Positions 47,419 through 60,939 of a DNA stretch of 64,000 nt are shown piece by piece. Each line of letters starts with the position of its first letter. Position 1 is the stretch's first letter. This DNA comes from Marsupella aquatica (taxonomy: Eukaryota; Plantae; Marchantiophyta), in NCBI GenBank assembly GCA_973895155.1, contig OZ316891.1, positions 29,680,331-29,744,330 of the forward strand, given 5' to 3'. Made by a program: the position numbers and the translations under genes. Below the pieces are notes generated by a model. That model was not told the origin of the DNA. It did not search any database and worked only from the letters and a program-made list of their open reading frames with translations.

Positions 47419-50400
47419 CATCAAACTTATAGTTTTCATTCGTGTTTGTATCAATTTGAGTGTAAATTTTGGGACGCCATGCCATAAAAAGAAAAGTAAA
47501 AAATTGGAAATGCAAAGAGCAAGACAATTACTATCACTCTGTAACCGTTTTAGTTACATTTCCAATTTTAAAACTTAAATTCAAAGATTTATAAAAAATA
47601 TATTTCATATAATAAATAATTACTAATAATTAACTTGATAACTTTGTTGTTCAAGGGTAATTGACATCTGGAGTAAGATTTTTAACCCTTTGCAATTAAG
47701 GTAAACTGTTAGCCATGGTCCGAACTTGAACACTCAATAACGAACTGATACAATTTTTTTGAATATACATTCATTTAATTACAAATGGACTTGTCACAAA
47801 TTGAATTCTGACTCTTTTAGCTTGAGAATTTGGTAGCATGTAGCAAAGAAGACTGATCAATTAGCCAAGGGGTCCACCAACTAATTGTAACTTTTAATAT
47901 AAGATTCCTATGTACATCATAGTGGTACAGGCTAGGTATGGTACATCTTCATGGGCCCCGGTAACTGCACATCAAAAATGGTGTGCCATAACTGCACATA
48001 TCACTCCATACCATGATAAATCATCTGGTTATTTTATATAAGTCACTCTCTATTTTCTTTGAGTCAATGAGTGCACACCATATATTATCACATTCAAATG
48101 TTGTCAATGGGTGCACCATATATATTACCACATTTTCATTTGTGATTAATTTATTCCAACATACCGACTCCTTTGGGCCACACTTGAAGAGAGATTCCTA
48201 ATCTTTGGTTCTTACCATGTTGGAATTTTCCACTATATGGACTAGCTAGGAATGTCTATGTACATGTGTATGGAGTACAGTTCACGTAGAATATTGCTGT
48301 GTTCATAGTAGTTGAAAGATCTTAGAGTCCTTTGGTATTCCTTTACCCATACTAATTATGGTATATCTTACCTTTGCGTGTTACTCCTCTATCCATAGTA
48401 GCCAAAGGGTTTCTTAAGTTACTTTGGTAAATGTTAGAGAAGTTGAAAAGTTGTGTGTTTCTTATGTTACCCTGGTAAATCTTAGAGTAGTTGAGAGTTT
48501 TGTGTGTTTCTTATGTTACCTTGGTAAATCTTAGGGTAGCTTCAAGAAAAGTTTCTTTCTACTCATCATTATTTCAAAAATGTGTAAATTAAATAGAAAA
48601 AATTGACACAGATTACCTAAAAACACTGATATATCAATCACAATTCATCCAAATATTATTTTCTGAAAAACTTTCTTTGTTTACTTAAAATGTTACTTTT
48701 CAGTTTTATCATTCCATTCATTCAAAAATGTATTTTATTTTGTTCAATTTTAGGCCCCTAAATGTTCACTTTTTAATCTCTAAATGTACATTTTTAACAC
48801 TAAATTGTACATTATAGTACAATACTCTACACCTAGATAGTGAATTGTAAGCTTGAGGGTGCCAAAAGTATCCATCTTTACTAGAAGGAGTTTAGTCCTA
48901 GTTCATTTACAAAAGATGAACATGGTGGTATATGTAATGGCCATATAGCATACTCATCTTGGAACATGAAAGTTATTTTGTTCTCTAGCAAAAAGTTTAA
49001 GTTTTTTAGTGAAATACAGGTGATCTAATTTTTTGTGGCAAATATAAATAGGACATTGATTAGGAAGCGTGATATTGAAAAGTTGTGCACATAAGGTACA
49101 AGAATAAAAGTACACATGTAAAGAAAAGTAATCATGAACAGGAAAAATTTAAGTCTATGGTATTGGGTTCTGCACATACTATACCAGTAAAGATAGTTAC
49201 TTATGTACTTATCTTAGGTAATGACACTCAAATGAATTAAAACCATAAATTTAGGACACAAAACCATGAGTAGAACTTAAAGACATGAGGAGTGCACTTT
49301 AATTAGATCATTTCTTCTTCACTAAGGGCTAGAACTTCTGTGAGCTTTGTTAAAGGGTGGATGATCAAAAGTATAGCAAAGATTGAAAAATTTAGAGAGG
49401 TGCCAGATTAAATTCAAAATCTAAAGTATACAAGAGATGCACCTTGGTAAGACACATTGAATTAAAATACACAAGAAAAGAAGTTTGAATAAGACAAATT
49501 ACTGGAAGATGGATTCACCATATAGCAGTTTCATTTTGAGAGGGCCATATATGACTTTTGTTTCTTGCCAAATTGTACACTTTGTGAAATACAAAAATAC
49601 ACTTTATATTGCCCAAATGCTCATAAATTGAATAATAATACATTTTTAATGAATAAGTTGATTTTTGCATTGTTTTTATAGTTAAATGTTCTAACTATTT
49701 TTCTTTGCCTGCCTCAAACATGAATAGTCAAATTTGGTTCTTCTTGCATACCTAACAAAAAATCTTGCATACCTAACAAATTTTTTGGTGACAACTCATG
49801 TTGATGTGGCTACAGGTATATGCTGATGAGACCCTTGCCAAAACAAATTTAGGTGACACCAGGTCCAAACAATAGGGAATCAAATGGGATATTAAACCAA
49901 AAAAAATGGCAGACAACTATAATACACGAGGACCAACGAGGATCCTCCCTCCATGATCTATACAAGTAAGTACAGATTCTACTTACTCAAGAGAGTGATA
50001 CGGCATAGTTTGGTGCAATAGGAGGTAAATTGCAGACACACTCTTTCAGTAAATAGAGGACTATTGTACATCAAATAAAAATCTATTATGGCTATATTTA
50101 GCAAGATTTTTTACATTCATTGTTTGTGTCATTTTTGGTGCAAAAAAACAAAAACAATAAGACCCAAAGTGGACATAGTAAAGATCATGATACCTGCTTT
50201 GATGGCAAGGCGTCAGGCAAGCTAAGGGCGCACTTTTACTTGTGACATCTTTTTTGATTTCAGGATATCTTTCGCATAATGACATGGCATCACATCTTTT
50301 TACTTGACATGTCTTTCTACTTGACAACATCTTCACATTAAAACATCTTTGATGAAACAACTTCTTTCTTCTTAACAAGATCTCTTTGTAACTTGACCAC

Positions 50401-51100
50401 ATCTTTTAATTTGAGGATGTCTTTTCACATAATAACATCTTTGGTAAAACAACTTCTTCTTAATTTCTTAACCACATCTTTTTACTTACAACATCTTTCA
50501 CACAATGTCATCTTTGGAAAATGAATTCTTTTTCTTAATGATTTTTTTTTATTTCATGACATGTTTCACATAATGACATCTTGGGTGACACAACATTTTT
50601 TTACTTCACAACATTTTTCACATAATGACATCTTGGTCGATAGAACATCTTTTTTCTTAATGACATCTATCTATGTGTTGCACAAAAGATGTCCTTAAGA
50701 AAGAAAATGAGAAAGAAATTATAGTGAATGAGAAGGAAACTATACTTAGGTCTGTGGCATCATTCTCCTGATTTGAGTTATCCTAGACACTACTTTTATT
50801 TCCTAATTTTAGGGTTTTTTATTGTCATTACCTAAGGCAAGTGAGGATCTTTTGTACGCATTTTTTGTTTTTGGCTTTATCCAACATAGGATAGATGACC
50901 AACTCCAGAGCTTGCACCTCTATAGGGTAGCTAGCTCACAAGGGGTATTTCTCTTGTATTTTATCCCTGTCAATCTTATCAAACAGTGTACAATAGCCAT
51001 CTATAGCCATCAACACAAGTTCCAGGAACTTGCCCAGGGAACTTGCTATATAGCCAGTCAATTCAAACCTGGCATTCGTCACTTTGCCCAGCATGTGTGT

Positions 51101-51372
51101 AATCCCCATGGTGCAGTGTCCTTGTCTATAATTCTATGAATAAATCAACTGTGAACAGTGTTCCCCCTTACAGCGGGTCGTTGCTGGAGAGACAAATCCG
51201 CTGAATTGGGTCAACATGATACCGTCATCGACCCTTGGACACTAATCCCCATGGTGCAGTGTCCGTGTCTATGAATAAAGCAACTGTGAACAGTGTTCCC
51301 CCTTACAGCTGGTCGTTGCTGGAGAGACATCCGCTTAATTGGGTCAACATGATACCGTCATCGACCCTTGGA
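51101..51372. repeat. Tandem duplication, about 140-bp unit
   Basis: aatccccatggtgcagtgtcc...caactgtgaacagtgttcccc...gataccgtcatcgacccttgga occurs twice. Confidence 0.9.
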
Positions 51373-52167
51373 GTCTTGGACACTAAAATATTCTCCAGTA
51401 TGTAACTCCTTTCGCAGTAATGTCTAGCGTGTTCCAAAATCGTGTTCAATCTGTGGACTTATTCAATTCATCCATTTGACAAAATCTACTATGGCAACTC
51501 ATGAGTCATGGTGGTGGTCAGGAAAATAGAAATAAAAACTCGCAATGATCTCCTGTAAGCAAAGGCTAGCGGCCCCACTTCAACGTCTCGGCGCAATGGC
51601 CACAAAGCCCAGATGCAGGAGCTACGTTCGACACGCATATTCCCCTTCAAATACTATATTTACGTTGCGAAGGTGAGGATAGATAACCATAATTTAGCGA
51701 AGCCTTGTTTGTGACAGGGAGAGGAGCTGGAGGTCATCTAGTCGGATTCAGCAGAAACACAGATCTTCATTCGAGGCACCATTTCACGTTTACAGTTCGT
51801 CCCTGGTCGAAGTTGGCAGGTCCATTGATGCATTTTAGCCTTGCATGACCTGAAAATATGATCAGATGTACTCGAATGTTTCCCGTCGATCCGGCCTTCT
51901 GCTACTAAAGTTCTTGACAATCATCTGTCCGTCCTCTGCCGGTCCAATTCTGGTCCAATTCAGCTTTGCAGCAGGTTGCTTCTATTTAGCATGATCTAGG
52001 ATTGTGTTAACATCTCCATTGCATTAAAAGCTGTCACGGTACTATTGTCAAAAGACAATGATCGGGATTTTCAACCCACGCTACTAACGGTTTGCTTTTC
52101 TTCTGAATCGGGGTCGAGCTTCACCCCGGTTCCCGTACAGCAGCGCTCGCTGTTTTGTATCAACCAG

Positions 52168-55100
52168 ATGGTTATAATAACAGAGGTGAACTCTTTCGTA
52201 GACCTGGTGATAAAAGCTACCAACTTTGCTAACCAGCTCCAAGATAGCTGGTACAAAGGTTCTGCAGAGGTGGTTTCGTTCAAAGCCCAAGTCTGGATAC
52301 TTCGTCAGAAGCATGAGCAGTGGAGCGCTCAGCTACTGAGACATGGCGTTTCGGAGGACGAACGGCTTTTGCGCGCAGTGCAGGCAGCCGTTCAAGTTCT
52401 GCAGGAGCAAGAGCAATACTTGAGCAGACTCCAGAAGAATCCCTTGTTGAGATTAAGGAGAAAGGCATTCCCAGGCCAGCTCACGTACTCTTTGAAGAAT
52501 GTCTCGGACACCGTGGACGCTGGGCCTCAGCTGCTGGCAGCCAGGGTTGCTACGTTTGATGTCTTGGAGAGAATCAGAGCCCAGACTCCGGCTCCATTGC
52601 CTTTCCTTCCGGATCTCAATTACGTCCCGATTTCAGAGTCTATTCTGGCGATACGAAAGGCCTTGGAGGATGAAGGGGGGCCTCGTGTAGTGTCTGTGGT
52701 TGGAGGCCCAGGACTGGGCAAGAGCAGTGTGGCAAAATATTTAGCACTCCAGTATCAAGAGGAGAGAAAGCAAGGCTTACTACAAACGCAGCGCAAGCCA
52801 CTCAGTTTTCCCGATGGAGTCTATTATTTGTTTTGCGGAAAGGACGCCCACGACCAAGTTAAGCAGTTGCAGCTAAAGCTGCTCGACTGTCTGGGCTTTG
52901 GACCTGGCTCTTCAGCTCCACTGAATGTCGACCCGACGGGTAGCGGAATGCAGGAAGGGCGCTATCTTCAACTATCGTCACATCAATTATTAATGAAGCT
53001 TAGATCACGCTTAGCTGAGCAAATGTTGCTCATTGTACTAGATGATCTATGGGAGCGGGAGGTATTGCAAGAGCTCTTAATTCCTGCGAAGGGAGTAAGA
53101 TATCTAATAACATCCCAAATGAAAGAAATTTGGGGTCCGGCAGCAAGAATCCAAATGAGATATCCGACTTTTGCAGAAGCCAGGCAAATCATGTCTAATT
53201 ATACAAACGGGCTTCCGCTGAAGGGACAATTTCCTCACAACATTCAGGTGGAATTCTTTCCGCATATTTTCTGCCAGAAGCTCAGGGAATCTGTGCATGT
53301 AGTACTTCTTGCTTTCATTTATTAGCAGCGATTGGCTCGTCAATTGGAAGAATGTGTTATTATCGATCCGTACGTTCAAATGTACAGGACGGCGATATTA
53401 AACCGTGATAGTTGATAACTAGTGCAGTCTATTATCTGTAAATGAAGGCTTTGCTGATTTCGAGCATTTTACATTTCTTGCATGTAGAGTGTGACAGATG
53501 CCATCATCGAAAACGTAGGCTCCCATCCACTATGTTTGGCTAAAGTGGGCAGCAGCATCAACAGTAGCAGAGCAACTGATGCGAGCCATTGGAAAGCGAA
53601 GAATGATGCTATTCATCTTCTCCTTCACGAGGTCGACGAGTTCCAAGGCAGTCCAGTTATAGTGTACGAGCAATCTTACCAGCTCGAAATCGGGGCCTCC
53701 ATGATGCTCATGGTGGAGTGTTTACATCCAAATGCACGTGGACTTCTCTTCTTGATTGCACTATTGGGGGGCGAACATTTGCCAGAAACCCTGGTGCGGT
53801 ATTTTTACAAATGGATTCACCCGGCTGATCAATCCACAGATTTCCATCTGAAATACGAGAACCAGGAAAAGTACTTGGCGGACAGGTCCTTAGTTGATTT
53901 GCACATGCAACCTGGAAATGAGTTAACGTGGGAGAATGGAACCTTGGTTGGTCATTGCCTAAGGATGCACTACATTCGGGAGAAAAAAGCTCTTGATCTC
54001 CGGTCTATCGCTGTCCAAATATTAGAAAGCAGTAATGACGGTGCAACTGATCTGAGTGTTCAGAAAGGGGATGCAGAGGCAACGCTTGTTACGATCTTGA
54101 GTGCAATTTACTTTCGAAAACCGTTCACGGATGTCGTAGCAAATACTCTCGAAAAGCATTTTCGAATACTCGATGGTGGCACCATTCCACGAAACATGAG
54201 CAGGGGCATCGATCCTCATGATCTTTTGAGGTTGGCCAGGTCTGAAATGGATGCTCTAGTTTGGCTTATAAATATCAATCACGGAGATCCTGATTGGAAG
54301 CGGCAAGCGCATGGGTATGCCAAAAAGGTAAAAAGAGCTAGTAATTCACATTTTGCAATAATAATATATTAATTCCCATTAAAATACTGCATATATAGTT
54401 GAAGTATCAACATTCATTCAATCATTGCAGCATCAAGAATTAAGTGAGTAAAGTTGAAATACGCATCGTCTTGCTGCTTAACATCTCTTCTTTCAACTGC
54501 TTTCTCCGAACTCCTTCATTATTTACTAATTAACAACGTAATCTACATGCTCTTTTTCTTGTGGTCTGTAGATAATTATCAAGCTAGCCTGTCAAGGGAA
54601 ATTGGATGACTACAGTATGGCAGGCTTGCTTCAACTCCCTCAAACAACCTCAGTTGCATGTGCGGTACTCGATAGGTACGTTGGGCCCTATGGTTCTCAT
54701 AATTCAGACGAAACTGTCTGAAGCAGACGTGGCGAGACAATGAATACTCTGCTCGCTCTCTTGCATGACGATGATGTATCAACCACGCGACGAGTTGCCG
54801 TCATTCGTGCTCTTGGGGTTGTTCTTGACTTTGAGAGCAGAGATACTATCCTCAGCGTGGCCGCTAAGTATATGGAACTATTGGCCATGGATTATAGTGA
54901 CCCTGCTCTGCAGATCGCTGTAGCACAGAACTTATTTTATTACCATCGTTGTGCTAGAAGAGCAGTTACTATAATGGGCGAATTTACAAGAATTTTGGAT
55001 GTCCTCATCTTACTAGTATCCGCGAAAGACTACAAGGTCCGAGTGTCTGCAGCAAAGACCACCCTCTGGTATAGTCGATGGAAGTGTACTTCCCTCAAAG

Positions 55101-55423
55101 TAGCAGCCATACCACACGCTCTCGAAATGGTATTCAATTTGTTCCGTTCAGCAAAGACCTTCGGAAACCTTCCATTCAGTTGGGGATATTTTTCAGAACA
55201 TCCACCATGTTGGGCAGGATACATCTTGGGTCACCTGTCCCACGTGGAAGAGAACAGGATCAAATTTCGTGCCCTTAAGAGCGGCTTAGATGGCTTGGCA
55301 AATATACTCGCTCGACTCAAGGGGACTTGGCAGACCACTGATAACGAGAGCCATCGTAGAGCATTGTGGCAACAAGCTTCTATAGCTGTTGGAATAGTGC
55401 ATCATCTAGCACTAGCTCACTAA
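52168..55423 (+). pseudogene. NB-ARC/STAND gene copy A; exons approx. 52168-53247, 53488-54327, 54572-55423; premature TGA at 54719-54721
   Basis: P-loop VVGGPGLGKS, Walker B LIVLDDLW, RNBS-B YLITS, GSHPL (GLPL-like); helical N- and C-terminal regions. Copy C has TCA where this copy has TGA. Confidence 0.75.
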
Positions 55424-55879
55424 TCCTAGCACCCTTGATTAACTGTCCTTGGTGTCCAAATGCTTACACGGAACTCTTTGAGTAAACACTCCTCTAGCAC
55501 CTTTGTAGGCAACTCTAGTACAAAGTTGCACTTGCTCCCTAACATAACCATCGCTTAACATTTGAACATTTGATCTTCACTAGTTGCACAAGCAACCAAA
55601 CAGATAGGTAAATACCAGATAATAGAATATTCAATGGTCTTACTATTTGCAGGTACAAGCAACCAAACACCTAAATAGTTAAATTCCCAATATAGAGATA
55701 ACACAATGCTCAATGGTCCTCAATGGTACTCATTATTTGCATAAATAAGCACACACCTACAATAGATAAATACCGGGGATATACACAGGATATATAACAG
55801 AAGAATCACACCTTAAGATCGTAGTGCTTGTATATGTGAATCACACCTTAAGATCGTAGTGCTTGTATATCTTGAAGGG

Positions 55880-57440
55880 ATGGTGACACATTCTTCCAAT
55901 TGACCAGGCAAGAGCTTATTAAAGTAAAGCATGCAAGACTATATACACAGATTCGCTGAGATGAGCTTCTGGCAGAAAATATGTAGAAAGAATTGTACGT
56001 GAATGTTGTGAGGAATTTACCCTGCAGCGGAATTCGATTTGTATAATTGGACATGATTTGCCTGGCTTCTGCAAAACTTGAATACGTCATTTAGACTTTT
56101 GCTGCCGGACCCCAAATTTCTTTCATTTGGGATGTTATCAGATATCTTACTCACTTCGCAGAAACCGAGAGCTGTTGCAACACCTCCAGCTCCCACGGAT
56201 CAACGAGTACAACAAGCACCATAATTTGTTCCGCTAAGCGTGATCTAAGTTTCATTGGATGTGACGAGTGGTGAAGATAGGCCCCCTCCTGCATTCCGTT
56301 ACTCATTGGGCCGACATGTGGTGGAGCTGAAGAGCTTGGTCCAAAGCCCGGACAGTCTAGAGCAGCTCGAGCTGCAAAAGCTTCATTCGATCTGTCGTGG
56401 GAGTCCTTTCCGCAAATTAAATAAATAAGAGACTCCATCCGGAAAACTGAGTGGCGTGCCCTGCGTTTGTCGTAAGCTTTGCTTTCTCTTTGCTTTCTTT
56501 CTTCTTGATACTTGATACTGGAGTGCTAAGTATTTCACCACAATACTCTTGCCGGATTACTAAGTATTTCACCACACTAGTCTTGCCCAGACAGTCCCAG
56601 ACACCATCATTACACGAGGCCCCTCTTCATCCTCCAACTGAAGGCCTTTGGTATCGCCAGAATAGACTCTGAAATCGGGACGTAATTGAGATCCGGAAGG
56701 AGAGGCAATGGAGCCGAAGTCTGGGCTCCGATTCTCTCAAGTATTGCTCTTGCTCCTGCAGAACTTGAACGGCTGCCTGCACTGTAGCTGAGCGCTCCAC
56801 TGATCATGCTTCTGACAAAGTATGCAGACTTAGTCTTTGAAGGAATGCATCTCTGCCAAACTTTTGTACCAACCGTCTCGGAGCTGGTTAGCAAAGTTGG
56901 TAGCTTTTATCACCGGGTCTACGGAAGAGTTGACCTCTGTTATTATGACCATCTGGGTGTTACGCGAGAGCGGGCGCTACTGTAGGGGAACCCGGGGGGT
57001 CAAGGAGCTCTACCCCAATTCAAGAGAAGAATAGCTAAACCGTTACTTAGGAGCGTGAGTTCAAAAATCCCGATCATTGTCTTTAGACAATCCTGCCGTC
57101 GCAGGTTTTGAAGGAATCGAGATGTTAACACAATCCTAGATCATGCTCAATAGAAGAAACCTGCTGCAAAGCTGAAGTGAACCAACCCGACGCACTATTG
57201 CCTAGATCTTTAGTAGGGGAAGGAGGGGAAGTACTGGAAGACATCTGCATGATCATATTTTCAGGTCATGCAAAGCTACAATGGAACAACGGACCGCCCA
57301 ACTTCGACCAGGGACGAACTATAGAAGCGAAATTGTGCATCGAATGAAGATGTGCGTCTCTCCTGCGGCCAAGTCGATGCCAAACTGTAGAAACTTCTCG
57401 ACCCCCAGCTACTCTCTCGGTCACAACCAATGCTTAGCCA
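55880..57440 (-). pseudogene. Inverted, degraded copy B of the NB-ARC gene (upstream region, exon 1 and start of intron 1)
   Basis: Reverse-complement fragments LPLLPDLNYVPISESILAI, GFGPSSSAP, KLRSRLAEQ, FAEARQIMSNYTN, with frameshifts and deletions. Confidence 0.85.
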
Positions 57441-59349
57441 AATCTCCTTTGCAAAGTAAATACAATTATCGGATTGGAAATCAGACGGTCGATCGTAGAG
57501 GCTCGATCTATTCATGTCGCTATTGCAAGACGCTAAGCCGCGGTGGGCAGACGGCGACGCGTTGTAGTGGGCCGCCAGTCTTTGATTAGAGAAGCACATT
57601 CCGAATTTTATTTTTATTTTCCTTGGGTCATCAAGGAACATGTTTGTGTTTTTTTTGGTCTTGTAGTGATAAGAAAGTAAATAAAATATGAGAGCATTAT
57701 TAGAAGGATAAAATAATACCAATAAATTACATACCAAGAAAATAAATCAAATATGAAAACATAACTAAAAGGATAAAATAATACCAAGAAAATACATACC
57801 GAGAAATTCACACTGACCAATAAAAAAATACAAGTCAAGTTTTATAACACAAAGATACTACTGTGTGCATTTAATTTAATGTGCCTTATGAATGAGCGCT
57901 CATTACAATACAAACCATAAACTTAGAAAAGAAAAAGATGAAGGGAACTTAAGACACTATGTGCGGGACTATGTGTTCATGTTATTGAAAATCATTTCTC
58001 TCAGTCATGATATAGCATGCTCATCGTGGAACATGTTTGAATTTTTGTTTTGTAGTGATAAATAAAATATGAGAACATAACTAGAAGTATTTGTGCACAG
58101 TGACCAATGAAAAGCATAATCAAGGATGGTACGATGTGTGCACTTAATTCAATATCTTCATGAATGATACCCATTTCAATAAAAATCATAAACTTAGGAA
58201 AGAAAGACATGAGGAGAACTTAAGACACAATCAGAATCATTTCTCTTATTCATGAGAATGTTCCAGTGGTGTAGCAGTTTATTTCATCTCTAATAAAACA
58301 CAAACATTAAAATTTATAAGGGGGCTGCCAAAATATGTTCAAAATACTTTACAATACTAAAAATTAATGGGGTCCATAAAATAATTAAAAATGTATATGA
58401 TACACAGGTTGCCCCTTCATAAGGCACATTGAAATACAAATATATGACACCAAAACTCTGAATAAGACAAAATCTGAAAGATGTATTCACCATATAACAG
58501 TTTCAAGTGGTGGAACTGGTGATCATATATCTCTAATAGATCATAAACTTTAAAAGTTATATGGGGACATCCAAAATAAATTCAAAATACTCTAGAACAC
58601 CTAAAATTAAAGGGGTCTAAAAATCAAAGGGGTTTGAAAGGCACATTGAAATAATTTAAAATACATGACATAAAATCTGAATAAGATAAAATGTGAAAAG
58701 TGTATTCACCATATAACAGCTTCAAAAATTTCTTGGCCAATGCGCTATCATAGACTTGCCATGCTAGATATTGTCAAATGGGTGATACGCCTTAGTACAC
58801 AGATTCAACATAATTTTTTGGACAGTCTACACGAGAAAGAGAGCGAGAGCGGGGCAATATTTCTGTGCAAAGAAAGACACGCTGGAGATTATTTTAGTGT
58901 CTAGGGGTCGATGACGCAATCATGTTGTCTGAGGCAGCAGCTTGTATAATTTGTCCTGACCGAGGGGATTTTGCTCTCTGAGCAAAGACCATAGCTGTAC
59001 TGTGCAATCCTATTGACAGTTAGTTTACTCATAGAGTAGCGCTTGGGTACACCTCACCATGGAATACACAAAATGGGGGGCGAGTGGCAAAACTAATTTC
59101 CCTAACAAATAAGCCAAGTTTGAATTTACTAGCTAGGCTAGGTGTCCTTTTTTGCATTTTTGCATGAAAATTTGTACATGTACATAGTTACGGACTTTTC
59201 ACTTCCATCGTTTTTCCTCTGTCCTGTCCTCTGTGGGCTTATGTCCTTGCTTTTTCTCCAATTGCTCACTTTACTCAATCAAAAACTATAATAAGAGGTT
59301 ACACCATTTTTTGGGTATGGGGGGCTGTTTTGAGTGGAAAAAATCCAAA

Positions 59350-59530
59350 TGGAAAAAAAAATGAAGCAATAATAGTCACCAAAAATGAGGTGGCCTTGAC
59401 ATAGGCTGCCTCGGATATAGAAAAAAATGAAGCAATAATAGTCACAAAAAAATGAGGTGGCCTTGTTATAGGCTGCCTCGGATATGGAAAAAAAATGAAG
59501 CAAATAATAGTCACAAAAAAATAGGCTGCA
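59350..59530. repeat. Tandem repeat, about 67-bp unit, roughly 2.5 copies
   Basis: aaaaaaatgaagcaataatagtcac...aaatgaggtggccttg...ataggctgcctcggatat recurs. Confidence 0.85.
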
Positions 59531-60939
59531 AAATTGTCTAAGTGCTCAGACATGATACCAAAGGCAAAGCAACTGATGAATGCTCAGACATGATCCCAAA
59601 GACAAAGGAACCCAATGAAAGGAAGGAAAAGAGGGGAAAAACAAGTGAAGGGGACCCACCCAAGGAACAAGTACCAAAAAGTGACCAACAAAGGAGCCCT
59701 TAAACCCTTTGTTTTCTCCCCTATTCAAGTTCAAGGGGGTCTGGGGTAGCTTGGGCTAGTCCCGAAATTAAGGGGCTATTTTGCCGAGTTGGGGTAAATG
59801 GACATGGGCACGGTAAATGGACATGGGCAAAAAGGTTCAGTATAGCTTCTACGCAATTTCCAAGTTTCCAAAGAACGCAAAAGCGTGCCTGGGCATACAG
59901 TGGTGGGTCTTGCTCGAGACAAAGTCTGGGTAAGCACAAGTAGAGAATCATCCTAGCGGCCATGTACGTGAGGCTCGATTTGTGTGGCAGCCTCGCCTCT
60001 GGGCCAGTGAACGTCAACATGATTCCGTCATCGACCCATACGCACCACAATATTCCAGACATTGTGCTGCCCCGCTCTCGCTCTCTTTCTAGACAGTCCA
60101 AAAGTTATGTTGAATTGTTGATCCATTTTGACCCCTAGGCAATACAATATTCTACAGAAGTTTGTCTCTTTCCACAAATCTTCTGCCCCGCTCTCGCTCT
60201 CTGTCTAGACAGTCCAGAAATTATGATGAATTGTTGATCACTTGATCCACCCGTAATGGGCCGAAAGTCCCTCGTTTCTCATGTAGTCAAAGTCTCGCGG
60301 CCCCACTTCAGCGCGTTGGCGTCTACCAAACGGGACTTCGTTACCCAACGCGACTTCGTGCAATATATGGCCACACGGCCAGATCGAGCTTCTACGATCG
60401 ATCAGTCTAATTTCCCTTCCGATCGGTCTAATCTCCCTTCCGATATTGCAGTTATTGGCACAGATGAACAAAATATGGCGAACCATTGCTTGTGACCGAG
60501 ACAGGAGCTGGGGATCGATTAGTTTGTATAGTTTGGCGTCGACTCGGCTGCAGCAGAAACACCGATCTTCATTCGAGGCATAAATTCACTTTTGCAGTTC
60601 GTCCGTGGTCGAAGTTGGCAGGTCCATTGTTCTATTTGAGCTTTGCATGACCTGAAATATGATCAGATGTAATCCATTCGAGTACTCCAATCCCTCCTTC
60701 TGCTACTAACCACAATCATGCGTCCGGTTGTCAGGTTCAGTTCGATCAGCTTTGCAGCAGGTTTCTTCTATTTAGCATGATCTAGGATTGTGTCAACAGC
60801 TCCATTCCTTCAAAAGCTGTGACAGTGCGATTGTTAAAAGCCTTCTACCGGTTTGACTTTTCTTCTATTTCAATTCGGGTCAAGCTTCTCGATCCCCCCA
60901 GGTTCCCTCCCGTAGCGATCGCTCTAGCGTCGCAACCAG

